Assembly (NCBI GenBank): GCA_964587425.1
Contig: CAZPLB010000001.1
Span: 145,518-209,517, forward strand
DNA from: an uncultured Gammaproteobacteria bacterium
Lineage (GTDB): Bacteria; Patescibacteriota; Microgenomatia; UBA8517
Direction: 5' to 3'
DNA length: 64,000 bases
Every line of letters begins with the position of its first letter. The stretch's first letter is position 1. The position numbers and the translations under genes are program-made. The notes under the pieces were generated by a model. The model saw nothing but the letters and a program-made list of their open reading frames with translations. It ran no database searches and was not told where the DNA came from. Below are positions 1 to 8,917 of the stretch, in pieces.

Positions 1-876
1 ATTGAGGGACAAGCTCTTGCAACTTTGGCCGTAAATAAACTTCGTGGAACTATTAATGTGTTGGCAGTTAAGGCGCCAGGGTTTGGGGACCGCAGAAAAG
101 AAAGCTTGGAAGATATTGCAATTCTTACTGGTGGAACAGTAATTAGTGAGGACACTGGACGAAAGTTTGAAAGCGTTGAGGTAACTGATTTGGGAAGGGC
201 AGACAAAGTTTGGGCAGACAAAGACAATGCAAGAATAATTGGAGGAAAGGGAACCCTATCTTCAATTAAGACGAGGATTGCAAGTATTAGAGGCCAGATT
301 GCTGAAACAACGTCGGACTTTGACAAAGAGAAGTTGGAAGAGAGACTTGCAAAGCTTTCTGGAGGGGTGGCCGTAATTAATGTTGGAGCTGCAACTGAAG
401 TAGAACTTAATGAGAAGAAAGAAAGAGTAAAAGATGCAGTTGGAGCTACAAAGGCTGCAATTGAAGAGGGAATATTGCCTGGAGGAGGAGTAGCAATGCT
501 TCGAGCTCGTGCTAGTATTCGCACTCTAAAGGGGGAGAATAAAGATGAACAAATTGGAATTGATATAGTGTACGATGCTTTGGATCAACCACTCAGGTGG
601 CTTGTTAAAAATGCAGGTGAGGATGATGGATACATAGTAAAGAAGATTGAGGAATCAAAAGAAATTGATTTTGGATACAATGTTTTGAATGGAAAATTTG
701 GTTCAATGATTAAGTTTGGGATACTTGATCCGTTGAAAGTTACAAGAAGCGGACTATTAAATGCAGCCAGTGTTGCTCAGATGGTACTTACTACTGAGTG
801 TTTGGTTACTGAACTTCTTGAAGAGAAAAAAGAACCGGCAATGCCATCTGGGATGCCTGGTGGAATGGATTTCTAA
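1..876 (+). CDS. groL: Chaperonin GroEL, C-terminal part (5' end lies outside the window)
   Basis: Translation matches the GroEL equatorial/apical C-terminal half ([23 protein letters not shown]) and ends with the typical Gly-Met-rich tail [11 protein letters not shown]. The frame is open from base 1. Confidence 0.9.
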   Translation: MEGQALATLAVNKLRGTINVLAVKAPGFGDRRKESLEDIAILTGGTVISEDTGRKFESVEVTDLGRADKVWADKDNARIIGGKGTLSSIKTRIASIRGQIAETTSDFDKEKLEERLAKLSGGVAVINVGAATEVELNEKKERVKDAVGATKAAIEEGILPGGGVAMLRARASIRTLKGENKDEQIGIDIVYDALDQPLRWLVKNAGEDDGYIVKKIEESKEIDFGYNVLNGKFGSMIKFGILDPLKVTRSGLLNAASVAQMVLTTECLVTELLEEKKEPAMPSGMPGGMDF

Positions 877-915
877 CTTCAATTAGAACTGACTTCAAGT
901 GGATACATGTAACCC

Positions 916-1620
916 TTGTATATGAGAAAAATTGTTGCTTCGTGGTACAATTTTAATGTGGAAAAGAAAGATGATGTAGATAGTGAGAAAAAGATTGAGA
1001 TACCTCAACATGAGATTAAATCCGAAGATGCAAAAAGAGTGAAGACTGTGGTTGAAGAGATTCTTCCTGTTAGTCTTGCCTCTCGTGATTTTGGGGTAAA
1101 GGAAACTGACAACATTAGTCGTGTTGAAATAAAGGAAACTAAAAGAACTTTTTTGAAATTCTTCCTTATAACGTTTGGAGTTACAATGATTTTACTTCTT
1201 CTGGCTGGAGGGGTTTATGTCTATTTAAAAGGTATTGGAGGACAACAAGAGAGGGTACCTGAAACAACTTCTACACCCCCCCCATCTGAAACACCGAGTG
1301 CGACACCAATTTCGGGTTCTACTTCCACACCCAGACCTTTGTCTAGTTATGGCATTAGTATTTTAAATGGAAGCGGGAAGATTGGAGCTGCAACAACGGC
1401 TAAGAATTTATTGGTTAAGGCGGGATTTAAAGTGGCGAGTACTGGGAATGCCGAGAACTTTAACTTTGAAACGACATTGATTCAGGCCAAGGCAAATGTA
1501 AACTCGGATGTGGTTGATAAAATTAAAGAGAGCTTGTCGGCTAGTTTTAAACCTCAGATTGGGGAGACCTTGGACACGGCAGATAAATTCGATATTATTA
1601 TTACTGTTGGATCGCAGTAA
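916..1620 (+). CDS. Membrane-anchored protein with Pro/Ser/Thr linker and C-terminal LytR_C-like domain
   Basis: One TM helix (FLITFGVTMILLLLAGGVYVYL) is followed by a PST-rich spacer. The C-terminal block ISILNGSGKIGAATTAKNLLVKAGFKV..TGNAENFNFETTLIQ resembles the LytR C-terminal domain. Confidence 0.5.
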   Translation: MYMRKIVASWYNFNVEKKDDVDSEKKIEIPQHEIKSEDAKRVKTVVEEILPVSLASRDFGVKETDNISRVEIKETKRTFLKFFLITFGVTMILLLLAGGVYVYLKGIGGQQERVPETTSTPPPSETPSATPISGSTSTPRPLSSYGISILNGSGKIGAATTAKNLLVKAGFKVASTGNAENFNFETTLIQAKANVNSDVVDKIKESLSASFKPQIGETLDTADKFDIIITVGSQ

Positions 1621-2260
1621 GAGTACTCCTTGAACGTGAAGGAAGAACAGAGAAAGGGTTAATTGCTCTTCCGTCCTCTCTTATTTCAAGATGTAAATGT
1701 GGTCCAGATGAGTGGCCTGTTGAGCCTGTTGCACCAATCACTGTGTCCAAAGTAACCTCATCACCTTCATGTACGTCAATTCTTGAAAGATGGGCATAAA
1801 GTGAGGTTATGCCATCTCCGTGGTTAATGATGATTGAATTTCCGTATGAAAACTTAGAATGGTCTATTTTTTCAACAACACCTACCATTATTGGTCTTAC
1901 CTGTGTCCCAATTTTAATTGCAAGATCTAGGGCTGGATGCCATATAGAATAGCTTTGGGTTAGGATAAAGCCAGATATGGGGTACTGTATGCCAGATTCG
2001 GTATTTATCTTAATTTCCGGGGAAATTGTGCCTGAATTTGCGACAGCCTCGATTATTGAGTTTTGAGGCAAAGAAAGGCCTAGATCAACAGATGAAACAA
2101 GGCTATTTGTGGGTAATAATCCTCCTGCAATCATGGCTAGAGCTAGGTTTGCCCCAGTTAGTTTTTTAATGATTTGTCCATGGGTGACTAGCCACCTTAT
2201 TGCTTTTGATTTAAGCACAGTAAGGTGCGACAAGGGGAGAATGTTTATGATTTTTATCAT
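1601..2260 (-). CDS. M23 family metallopeptidase (peptidoglycan endopeptidase)
   Basis: HxxxD (HGDGITSLYAHLSRIDVHEGDEV) and HxH (GSTGHSSGPHLHLEIRE) signatures of the LytM/M23 family are present. N-terminal signal/TM region. Confidence 0.8.
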   Translation of the reverse strand: MIKIINILPLSHLTVLKSKAIRWLVTHGQIIKKLTGANLALAMIAGGLLPTNSLVSSVDLGLSLPQNSIIEAVANSGTISPEIKINTESGIQYPISGFILTQSYSIWHPALDLAIKIGTQVRPIMVGVVEKIDHSKFSYGNSIIINHGDGITSLYAHLSRIDVHEGDEVTLDTVIGATGSTGHSSGPHLHLEIREDGRAINPFSVLPSRSRSTLTAIQQ

Positions 2261-2326
2261 ATTCGTCCCAATCGGCCAGAGCCTTGTGGGACAAAAAGTG
2301 ACCTAAAAGTATGACCTTTGGGCCAC

Positions 2327-2356
2327 TAAAAAATCTCGCTTAATATAGGCGAGATT
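2327..2356 (-). terminator. Rho-independent terminator downstream of tRNA-Cys (minus strand)
   Basis: Inverted repeat aatctcgc/gcgagatt with an 8-bp stem is followed on the minus strand by a T-run (plus-strand aaaaaa at 2328-2333). It lies about 45 nt past the tRNA 3' end. Confidence 0.4.
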
Positions 2357-2399
2357 GAAGCTATTGTAGGCTAAATGTGCCTGAAAGTCAAGTTTTGGG

Positions 2400-2471
2400 A
2401 GGCCGGAGCGGGAATCGAACCCGCGCATATTCGTTTTGCAGACGAAAGTGTTTCCTCTTCACCATCCGGCC
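2400..2471 (-). tRNA. tRNA-Cys (GCA)
   Basis: Reverse complement gives GGCCGGA..TCCGGCC acceptor stem and anticodon stem TTCGT/ACGAA with loop CTGCAAA (anticodon GCA). T-arm is GCGGG-TTCGATT-CCCGC with discriminator U. Hand-folded. Confidence 0.8.
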
Positions 2472-2517
2472 AAGGGCTTGCGATATTATACAATAAATTT
2501 GCTAAACTTGATTACTT

Positions 2518-3339
2518 ATGGATGGGAAAAAGATAACGCTATTTCTTGGATTTTTAATAGTGCTTATTTGTATTGGTTTTTTAGTGTTTAAATTTTTTAA
2601 ACCAAGGGCTGCTGGACTTTCGATTGAGGCAAATATTGCCTCGAATGTTTATTTAGATGGCAAAAAGGTGGGGATTACTCCATTTGATGGAAGTGTTCCA
2701 GCGGGGGATGGGAGAGTCTTAAGACTGATACCAGTTGATTCTCACTATGGTTCATATTTTTTTGAAACGAAGCTAAATCTTATTTCTGGAATTAAAACTG
2801 TGGTTCGAGAGAATCTAGGGGAAAGCGATGCCGATACTTCTGGCGAAGTTGTTTCCCTGCAGAAGAGTGTAATGGATGATCTGGCTCTGTCTGTGGTCTC
2901 AAACCCCGATGCTGCGCAGGTGTCAATTGATGGTATTTCCCGCGGTTTTACTCCTATTCGAGTAGGAAATTTATCCAAAGGGGAGCATGCTGTAACCATA
3001 TCTTTGAGTGGATATGGTTCTAGATCTTTTTTGGTAAAGACGGTTCCTGGGTTCATGGTAACTATTCTTGTTAAACTAAATATTGAAAAAAAGGTAGAAA
3101 AAGTTGAGCCGAGCCAGAATGTATCCATTGTTCGAATTCTTGATACCCCTACTGGATTCTTGAGAGTTCGTGAAAAACCGTCAACTGTTTCATCTGAGGT
3201 TGGGCAGGTGAGACCTGGTGAAACATATGAGTTAATTTCAAAGGATGAAAAACTTGGATGGTTGCAAATTAAACTGGATGGAAAGGACGGATGGATATCT
3301 GATGATTATGCAACTATCTCTTCAACTCTTAAAAAGTGA
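2518..3339 (+). CDS. Membrane-anchored PEGA-domain protein with C-terminal SH3b-like domain
   Basis: N-terminal TM. PEGA-like segments occur (VYLDGKKVGITPFDG, VSIDGISRGFTPIRVGNLSKGEHAVTISLSGYGS). C-terminal ISKDEKLGWLQIKLDGKDGWISDDY is typical of bacterial SH3 domains. Confidence 0.5.
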   Translation: MDGKKITLFLGFLIVLICIGFLVFKFFKPRAAGLSIEANIASNVYLDGKKVGITPFDGSVPAGDGRVLRLIPVDSHYGSYFFETKLNLISGIKTVVRENLGESDADTSGEVVSLQKSVMDDLALSVVSNPDAAQVSIDGISRGFTPIRVGNLSKGEHAVTISLSGYGSRSFLVKTVPGFMVTILVKLNIEKKVEKVEPSQNVSIVRILDTPTGFLRVREKPSTVSSEVGQVRPGETYELISKDEKLGWLQIKLDGKDGWISDDYATISSTLKK

Positions 3340-4270
3340 AGGCTATACGGCCGTAAAGGATCCATATCAACAATCCTGTCCAGATTGCAACCGATGTGAC
3401 AAGTGGAATATCGGTTAATAACATTTTTTCTGGGGCTTCACTTCTTCCCTCAAAAATTAGAGCTTGGTATCTCATGATTGCAAAAATGGCAATTGGAATA
3501 GTTATCATGAGAAGCTTACTAATGGTTGTTGTCTTTGAGAACTCTGCAAGAAAAAGCCAAAGGTTCATTGGAACTTCCTGGGGCTCAAAAAAGGTGAAAA
3601 GAGCCCAGCTCATCCAGGCTGCATTTGCAAACATGGTGACATATGAATTGAGGAGCTCTCTTGAATAGCGGGACAAGGACTGGCGAGTTGTAGCACCTTC
3701 CCCTGAGTTTGTGAGTTCTGCTCTTCTTTTGCCCGACGCTAGGAAAAGGGCAACTGAAATTACACAAAGTAGGAACCAAACTGAAAGATGGGCATCAATG
3801 GCAAAGGCACCTGCGTAAATTCTAATAACAAAACCGGCTGCAATAATGATTATATCTATGATTGCAATGTGTTTTAGGACAGTTGAGTAGGCTACCTGCA
3901 TAATTAGGTAAATTAGGGTGAGGATGAAGAGCTGGCCTGATATGATTCCTGCCAACTGGAGGGCAAATACCCCCAACACTATGCACTCAATTATTGCAAT
4001 CGGAATGGGGAGTTTTCCGCTTGCTATTGGTCTATTTTTTTTGATTGGATGGAGTCTATCTTTTGATGCATCAAAAATATCATTGAAGATATATGTAGCC
4101 GAGGCTGCTAGGCCAAAAACAATGAAGGTCCAAAATACTTTAATAAATAGCTGGTGGTTATAGAGATTACCTGAAAATATTAGAGCTGCAAAAATGCTGA
4201 GATTTTTAACCCAGTGTATTGGTCTTGCAACTTTTATTGCTCCTTTGATTTGGGCCGGTATGTTAACCAT
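3329..4270 (-). CDS. UbiA-family prenyl/phosphoribosyl transferase, resembling decaprenyl-phosphate phosphoribosyltransferase (DPPR synthase)
   Basis: Polytopic membrane protein with UbiA Asp-rich motif NDIFDASKDRLHPIKKNRPIASG and a second D-rich region. The HP.K.NRP.ASG spacing resembles DPPR synthase-type UbiA proteins (family-level inference). Confidence 0.6.
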   Translation of the reverse strand: MVNIPAQIKGAIKVARPIHWVKNLSIFAALIFSGNLYNHQLFIKVFWTFIVFGLAASATYIFNDIFDASKDRLHPIKKNRPIASGKLPIPIAIIECIVLGVFALQLAGIISGQLFILTLIYLIMQVAYSTVLKHIAIIDIIIIAAGFVIRIYAGAFAIDAHLSVWFLLCVISVALFLASGKRRAELTNSGEGATTRQSLSRYSRELLNSYVTMFANAAWMSWALFTFFEPQEVPMNLWLFLAEFSKTTTISKLLMITIPIAIFAIMRYQALIFEGRSEAPEKMLLTDIPLVTSVAIWTGLLIWILYGRIAFTF

Positions 4271-5280
4271 AATATTAAGCCTCCTATGAGAACTACTACA
4301 CCGACCATTGTATATAACTTGGAGCTAGTGTTCAAATTTAAGCTCAGAAAAGCGAGGAGTGCAGTGATTATCCAATAGAAAAGAGCTACTTGGGTTTTGG
4401 TAAGGCCGGCATCCAAGAGTTTGTGGTGGAGATGGCCTCGGTCACCCCAAAAAGGAGATTTTCCAGAGACAATACGTCGCACAATTACATAGCCTGTATC
4501 AACCAAAGGAACTGCAAGTACTACTAATAGTGTTCCTACTTTGGCAGTAGATAGTATCGAAAGGATCCCTAAGAAAAAACCTGCAAGATTGGATCCGGCA
4601 AAACTTGGCATAATTTTCTGTGGGTATATGTGCCACGGCAAGAATCCTAAATATGAAGCTGAAACTATTGCTGCCAGGATAATTACTGGCCACTGAGTAA
4701 TGTCAGCGCTAAATTTTAAGGATAATAAGGCTATTGTTGCAGCTGCTATTGCAACAACCCCTGAGAGTTGGCCATCGACTCCTTTTGCGCCAAAATTCAG
4801 ACCATTCATTAGAAAGACTATCCAGAAAATGGCGAGGACGTCTGCAATGATTGGTGAAAGATTAATGACTCCCCCTCCAGGATTTGTTATGAAACTAATC
4901 CCAATACCGCTAATGACTGGGATAGCTGCTGCTATAAATTGTATTACAAGCCTTAGGTATGGATTTAGATTGTATTTATCGTCAAGAAGGCCAACAATTA
5001 AGATTATGGTTGCCCCAATTAAAATTCCTGACAGATGTCTGTCAAGGGGTAGGAAGATCAGAGATGAAATTAATATACCAAGATAGATGGCTAGTCCCCC
5101 ACCTCTTGGGGTGGCAACTGTATGAATAACCTTTGGGTGCTTATTTTTTTTCGGGTCGTCAATAAGTCCCAGTTTCCAAGCAATTCTAATAACTAGTGGA
5201 GTGGAAAGACACGAGACGGCTAGTGCTACTAAAAATGGCGGAAGAATTAAATTTATGTTCATATTAAAACTTTCCGACAA
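4234..5280 (-). CDS. Polyprenyl-phosphate N-acetylhexosamine-1-phosphate transferase (WecA/TagO/MraY family, GT4)
   Basis: About 10 TM helices. Conserved C-terminal motif VDTGYVIVRRIVSGKSPFWGDRGHLHHKLLDAGL is present, plus DDxxD-like LLDDKYNLNP. Confidence 0.8.
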   Translation of the reverse strand: MSESFNMNINLILPPFLVALAVSCLSTPLVIRIAWKLGLIDDPKKNKHPKVIHTVATPRGGGLAIYLGILISSLIFLPLDRHLSGILIGATIILIVGLLDDKYNLNPYLRLVIQFIAAAIPVISGIGISFITNPGGGVINLSPIIADVLAIFWIVFLMNGLNFGAKGVDGQLSGVVAIAAATIALLSLKFSADITQWPVIILAAIVSASYLGFLPWHIYPQKIMPSFAGSNLAGFFLGILSILSTAKVGTLLVVLAVPLVDTGYVIVRRIVSGKSPFWGDRGHLHHKLLDAGLTKTQVALFYWIITALLAFLSLNLNTSSKLYTMVGVVVLIGGLILWLTYRPKSKEQ

Positions 5281-5593
5281 GTAGGAATATTTTTATGGTT
5301 GTGATTAGGGCTAAGGATGTGGCCACAATGACTAGGGCAGTCAGGAGTTTTCGTACGAAGTCATCCCGTATTTTTTTTATCAAAAGAAGATTTGTTGTTG
5401 CGATCATTAATGCTATTAGAGTTGGAATAGTGAGGCCGGTTTTGGGAGATAGTTGACCCTCTCCTCGAGGGAGTCCGTAGAAAAGTGGAATTAGAGGGGG
5501 GAGGTTATTTTGCAGAAGAAAAATGCCCCCGGCTACTACTATATTTATAAAGAGGGCAGTTATTTGAACTTTTAAAAAGTCTTTTTCATCCAT
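5264..5593 (-). CDS. Small polytopic membrane protein, unknown function
   Basis: 109 aa with three predicted TM segments. It overlaps both neighbours, suggesting co-translation within the operon. Confidence 0.4.
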   Translation of the reverse strand: MDEKDFLKVQITALFINIVVAGGIFLLQNNLPPLIPLFYGLPRGEGQLSPKTGLTIPTLIALMIATTNLLLIKKIRDDFVRKLLTALVIVATSLALITTIKIFLLVGKF

Positions 5594-7032
5594 ATTTCAT
5601 TACCGCCCTCGTTTGAAATTAACACATAGTTTTTAGTCGCAAACTTCTTTAACACTTCAAAGGTGTCTGCATTTGCAAGAATAACTATCCAAGGAGGCGG
5701 GTTTTGGGACAATTCCTTTATTGTCTTTTCTTTACTTGAGAAATCATAGATATGATATGCGGCAGTGTATTTAATTGAAGGGAGTCGGCGTGAAAGGGCA
5801 TATATTGGGGCTGAATCTCCCCAGACAAATATTCTATCTTTAGGAGAAGATACTTTCCTCAAAAAGTCTGATACTTTGTATGTGGTATTAACACTTTTAT
5901 CAAACTCTGAGAAATATTCCTCTTTTGTAATGTTATTTGTGGCAAAATTAAAAAATCTTTGATAGTAAGAGGCTGTTGGGTAGTAGTAGAACTTAAAGTA
6001 AACTGGGACCAGTAAAGCTAAAAATAGCGGTATTACTGCAAGAACTTGTTCTAGTTTTTGTGAAGCCAGGAGAAATGCTACAAGAATAGCAATGGCAGGA
6101 GTTACTTGTAGGAAGTAATGTGGGTATGGACGGCCCGAGAGTGTGCTTGCAAAAAGTTCAAAGAGAAGAATGAAACAAGCAAAAAGAAATGCTTTGTCTA
6201 ATTTTTTTCTGTAAAAGAAAAGTACTCCACTTCCCCCAAGAACTATCAGTCCCCTAATAATCAGGGGCGTGTTTCGACTAATGAAGGATCCTGTTTTCTG
6301 GCCAGTAAAGGACGAGAGATATCCGAAGTTTTGAAGGAAGGCTGCATTTAAATATTCAGGAAGAGCTCCTTTAATATAGTACCAGGCAAATGTTATCAGT
6401 ATTGGTACCAAGAAGAACACACCTGCTAATAGTATACTTTTGATGTTTTTGCCTAGATTTATTTTTGTAGAGGTGAGAATTAAGAAGACAAACAAACCCA
6501 ACATGTCAAAGACTGCGGGTACCTTGAATAGGACTGCAAGGGCAAACATAATTCCAGCGAGCATTATTCTTTTTGGGTTCTGGCTTGAAAAAAGAAGTAG
6601 AAATGCTGCAAGAGTTGGGATGAGCATGAAATTTTCGGCGTTGGCAATGTTTCCCTCAAGAAGAGGAAGGGTTGTGAGAACTGCAAATACTACTGTTGAA
6701 ATTTTAACTAGCTTTTCCTCTTTTTTAAATAAATTCTGTGCTAGTTTCCAAAAGAGAAAAGTGGCGATTACTCCTGAAAACATCAATAACACTTTGAACC
6801 AGAAGAGGTTTCCAGCAATAGCTGCAACTAAGTAAAGCAAAGGGGGTTTGTTGTCGTGGATATCTTTGTAAAGCGTCAGGCCATTCCTTACTGCATTGCC
6901 CAGGGTGAGATATATCATCTCGTCTCCATAGTAATAGGGTTCAAAGAGGTTGGGGATGCGGAGGGCTATGATGAGGGCAAACACAGCTGTTAGCCAGTGG
7001 GGAGTGTGGATTTTATCGAGATACTTGTGCAT
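5572..7032 (-). CDS. GT-C fold membrane glycosyltransferase (PMT/ArnT-like, sugar-lipid dependent)
   Basis: More than 10 TM helices. First-loop DE motif (YYYGDEMIYLTLGNAV) and KPPLLY as in the PMT_2/ArnT family. C-terminal soluble domain. Confidence 0.6.
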   Translation of the reverse strand: MHKYLDKIHTPHWLTAVFALIIALRIPNLFEPYYYGDEMIYLTLGNAVRNGLTLYKDIHDNKPPLLYLVAAIAGNLFWFKVLLMFSGVIATFLFWKLAQNLFKKEEKLVKISTVVFAVLTTLPLLEGNIANAENFMLIPTLAAFLLLFSSQNPKRIMLAGIMFALAVLFKVPAVFDMLGLFVFLILTSTKINLGKNIKSILLAGVFFLVPILITFAWYYIKGALPEYLNAAFLQNFGYLSSFTGQKTGSFISRNTPLIIRGLIVLGGSGVLFFYRKKLDKAFLFACFILLFELFASTLSGRPYPHYFLQVTPAIAILVAFLLASQKLEQVLAVIPLFLALLVPVYFKFYYYPTASYYQRFFNFATNNITKEEYFSEFDKSVNTTYKVSDFLRKVSSPKDRIFVWGDSAPIYALSRRLPSIKYTAAYHIYDFSSKEKTIKELSQNPPPWIVILANADTFEVLKKFATKNYVLISNEGGNEIWMKKTF

Positions 7033-7077
7033 CTTACCTTTGAGTATATGCCAAGAATACTCGAGATATCAATCCAG

Positions 7078-7413
7078 TCATTGACTGCCGTTGCCATTTA
7101 GATGTTTGGTTATTTGTTCATTGAAAATTGGAGTTATTTTATCATCACCTTCTTTTTTATTTTTACGGAATTTGTCATAGCTATATATCAAGGGTGTTAA
7201 TTGTTCTCTTAGTGGACATGTTTCTAGACCGGGATGATTTCTGAGAGTGGCCGCGATTTCTGTTCCAGTCATTGGTTCGATCTTTATTTCTTGTGGATAG
7301 GCTAACTTTCTTGAAAGCGACATGATTAAGCAAGGTTGACCTGCATTGTGTTTGCAGCTTGCTATGCCACACTCTTCTCCGTTCGTTTTGTCTATATCTA
7401 TTTCTTGATCCAT
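7078..7413 (-). CDS. Small Cys-containing hypothetical protein
   Basis: 111-aa ORF inside the glycosylation operon with Cys spacing CGIASCKH..QPC..C. No recognisable family. Confidence 0.35.
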   Translation of the reverse strand: MDQEIDIDKTNGEECGIASCKHNAGQPCLIMSLSRKLAYPQEIKIEPMTGTEIAATLRNHPGLETCPLREQLTPLIYSYDKFRKNKKEGDDKITPIFNEQITKHLNGNGSQ

Positions 7414-7429
7414 TAACTTTTGTTTGTTA

Positions 7430-8911
7430 TCAAACTTTTTCAGTGACTTTGTATTCTATGTATTTTCCAAGCATTAGTCTAGTGTGGGCATCAATTCCTG
7501 GGAGAGCTGAAAAGAAAAAACCTGCAATTGGCATGAGTACAAATTCAAGTGGAACAAGAAGTTTTCTCCAGAAGGGGAAATGTGATTTTGGTTTATAGAA
7601 CCCGTCTATAATCAGCGTTAATACTAGAAAGCCTAGACCTATGGTGAGGGCTGTGGATGAGAGTTTTGGAACGGTATAGCCAAGGGTTGTTCTTCCAAAA
7701 GCTGGATTAATTAATGTTGGGATAGTAAGCCCTATTGTGATGAAGAACCAATTAACTGGCCACATGAAATGAGACTGAAGGACATGAAGAAGTCTTAGTG
7801 TTTTATCAATAAATGGTACCCCTGGGGTGAAGAGATAGTTTCTAATTATCCAAGGATCGTCGGATGCACCCCATGCCCATCTTTTTAGCTGTTCGTATTG
7901 AATTTTTAGTGTTTTTATATATGTTGGACCTTGGGCAGCGTCAGCATAGAGAGGAAGGTATATTGGTTCCACTTCAACTTTACCTCTTTTTTTGTAATAT
8001 GCTTTAAAAAATATTCCCCAATCTTCTGGAATTTTGTCCGGGTCCCAGTAATCAACTTCGTCTAGGAGTTTAAATGAAAGTGAATAGTTTTGCTGGTTTA
8101 TTAACCTCTCACGCCTTGGAAGTTGGGAAAGATTCCAAATGGAACCCAAGGTATTTTGGACTCTGGTGATTGCAGGGAGTTCCCAAATATTGTTGTAAAA
8201 AAGAACTGCAGGCTGCCAGAAATGTTCATATCTTTTGGGGTTATCTAAGAATTTAAAGGTTAGACAGGCGAAATGTTTGGGGTGATATTTATGGTCTGCA
8301 TCACAACTTGTGATTGTTGTGTAGTTCATGTCTGGTTTTAGATTTTTCTTTACCCAGATGGCTGCATATCTTTCATTACTGGATTTGCCGACAATTTCGT
8401 TGCCGGTTAAGGTATGTACTGTGATGATAAGTTGGTTAAAAGTTTTACCAAATTTGTTTTTTAGATACTTAACCTTTTCAAGTCTATCTGCTTCTGGTTC
8501 CCTTGTTTCCATGCCAAGAACTGGAATTATTTGTTTGGTGTTAAAGTCTTGATCTGCAAGAGACTGAAGAGTTCTTTCTAGAATGTGAACAGGCTCTTTA
8601 TAGGTTGGAATTATTACGACATGCCGTACTTTATCTGTATCTGGAAAACTTTTTAGATCTCCTACCCAGTCATAATTCATTGAAGCTTGGATCCTTAAAT
8701 GAGAGATTATAACTGTAACTGCAATAGTTAGAGATTGGTAGAACCAGTAAACGTTGAAAATTAATATGAAGTAGGCAACTACTTCTGGGATTACTAGTAT
8801 TCCCCAGTACGGGAAAAGGATTAGGTTCCAAGAAACAAAACCAGGGAGAATTTCAAGAAGCCTCAAGAATCTTTTTTCGTGGGCGAGGACATAATTTTTA
8901 ATGAGAGACAT
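7430..8911 (-). CDS. Processive family-2 glycosyltransferase (cellulose/chitin-synthase-like), membrane-embedded
   Basis: GT-A start VVIIPTYKEPVHILERTLQSLADQDF, DxD (SCDADHK) and QxxRW motif (EQLKRWAWGA) are present. TM helices flank the catalytic domain. Confidence 0.7.
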   Translation of the reverse strand: MSLIKNYVLAHEKRFLRLLEILPGFVSWNLILFPYWGILVIPEVVAYFILIFNVYWFYQSLTIAVTVIISHLRIQASMNYDWVGDLKSFPDTDKVRHVVIIPTYKEPVHILERTLQSLADQDFNTKQIIPVLGMETREPEADRLEKVKYLKNKFGKTFNQLIITVHTLTGNEIVGKSSNERYAAIWVKKNLKPDMNYTTITSCDADHKYHPKHFACLTFKFLDNPKRYEHFWQPAVLFYNNIWELPAITRVQNTLGSIWNLSQLPRRERLINQQNYSLSFKLLDEVDYWDPDKIPEDWGIFFKAYYKKRGKVEVEPIYLPLYADAAQGPTYIKTLKIQYEQLKRWAWGASDDPWIIRNYLFTPGVPFIDKTLRLLHVLQSHFMWPVNWFFITIGLTIPTLINPAFGRTTLGYTVPKLSSTALTIGLGFLVLTLIIDGFYKPKSHFPFWRKLLVPLEFVLMPIAGFFFSALPGIDAHTRLMLGKYIEYKVTEKV

Positions 8912-8917
8912 GTTTTA

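Noticed and set aside
2109-2306. 65-aa plus-strand ORF overlapping the M23 peptidase start
   Set aside because: It is antisense to a well-supported peptidase gene and has no motif. It is likely spurious.
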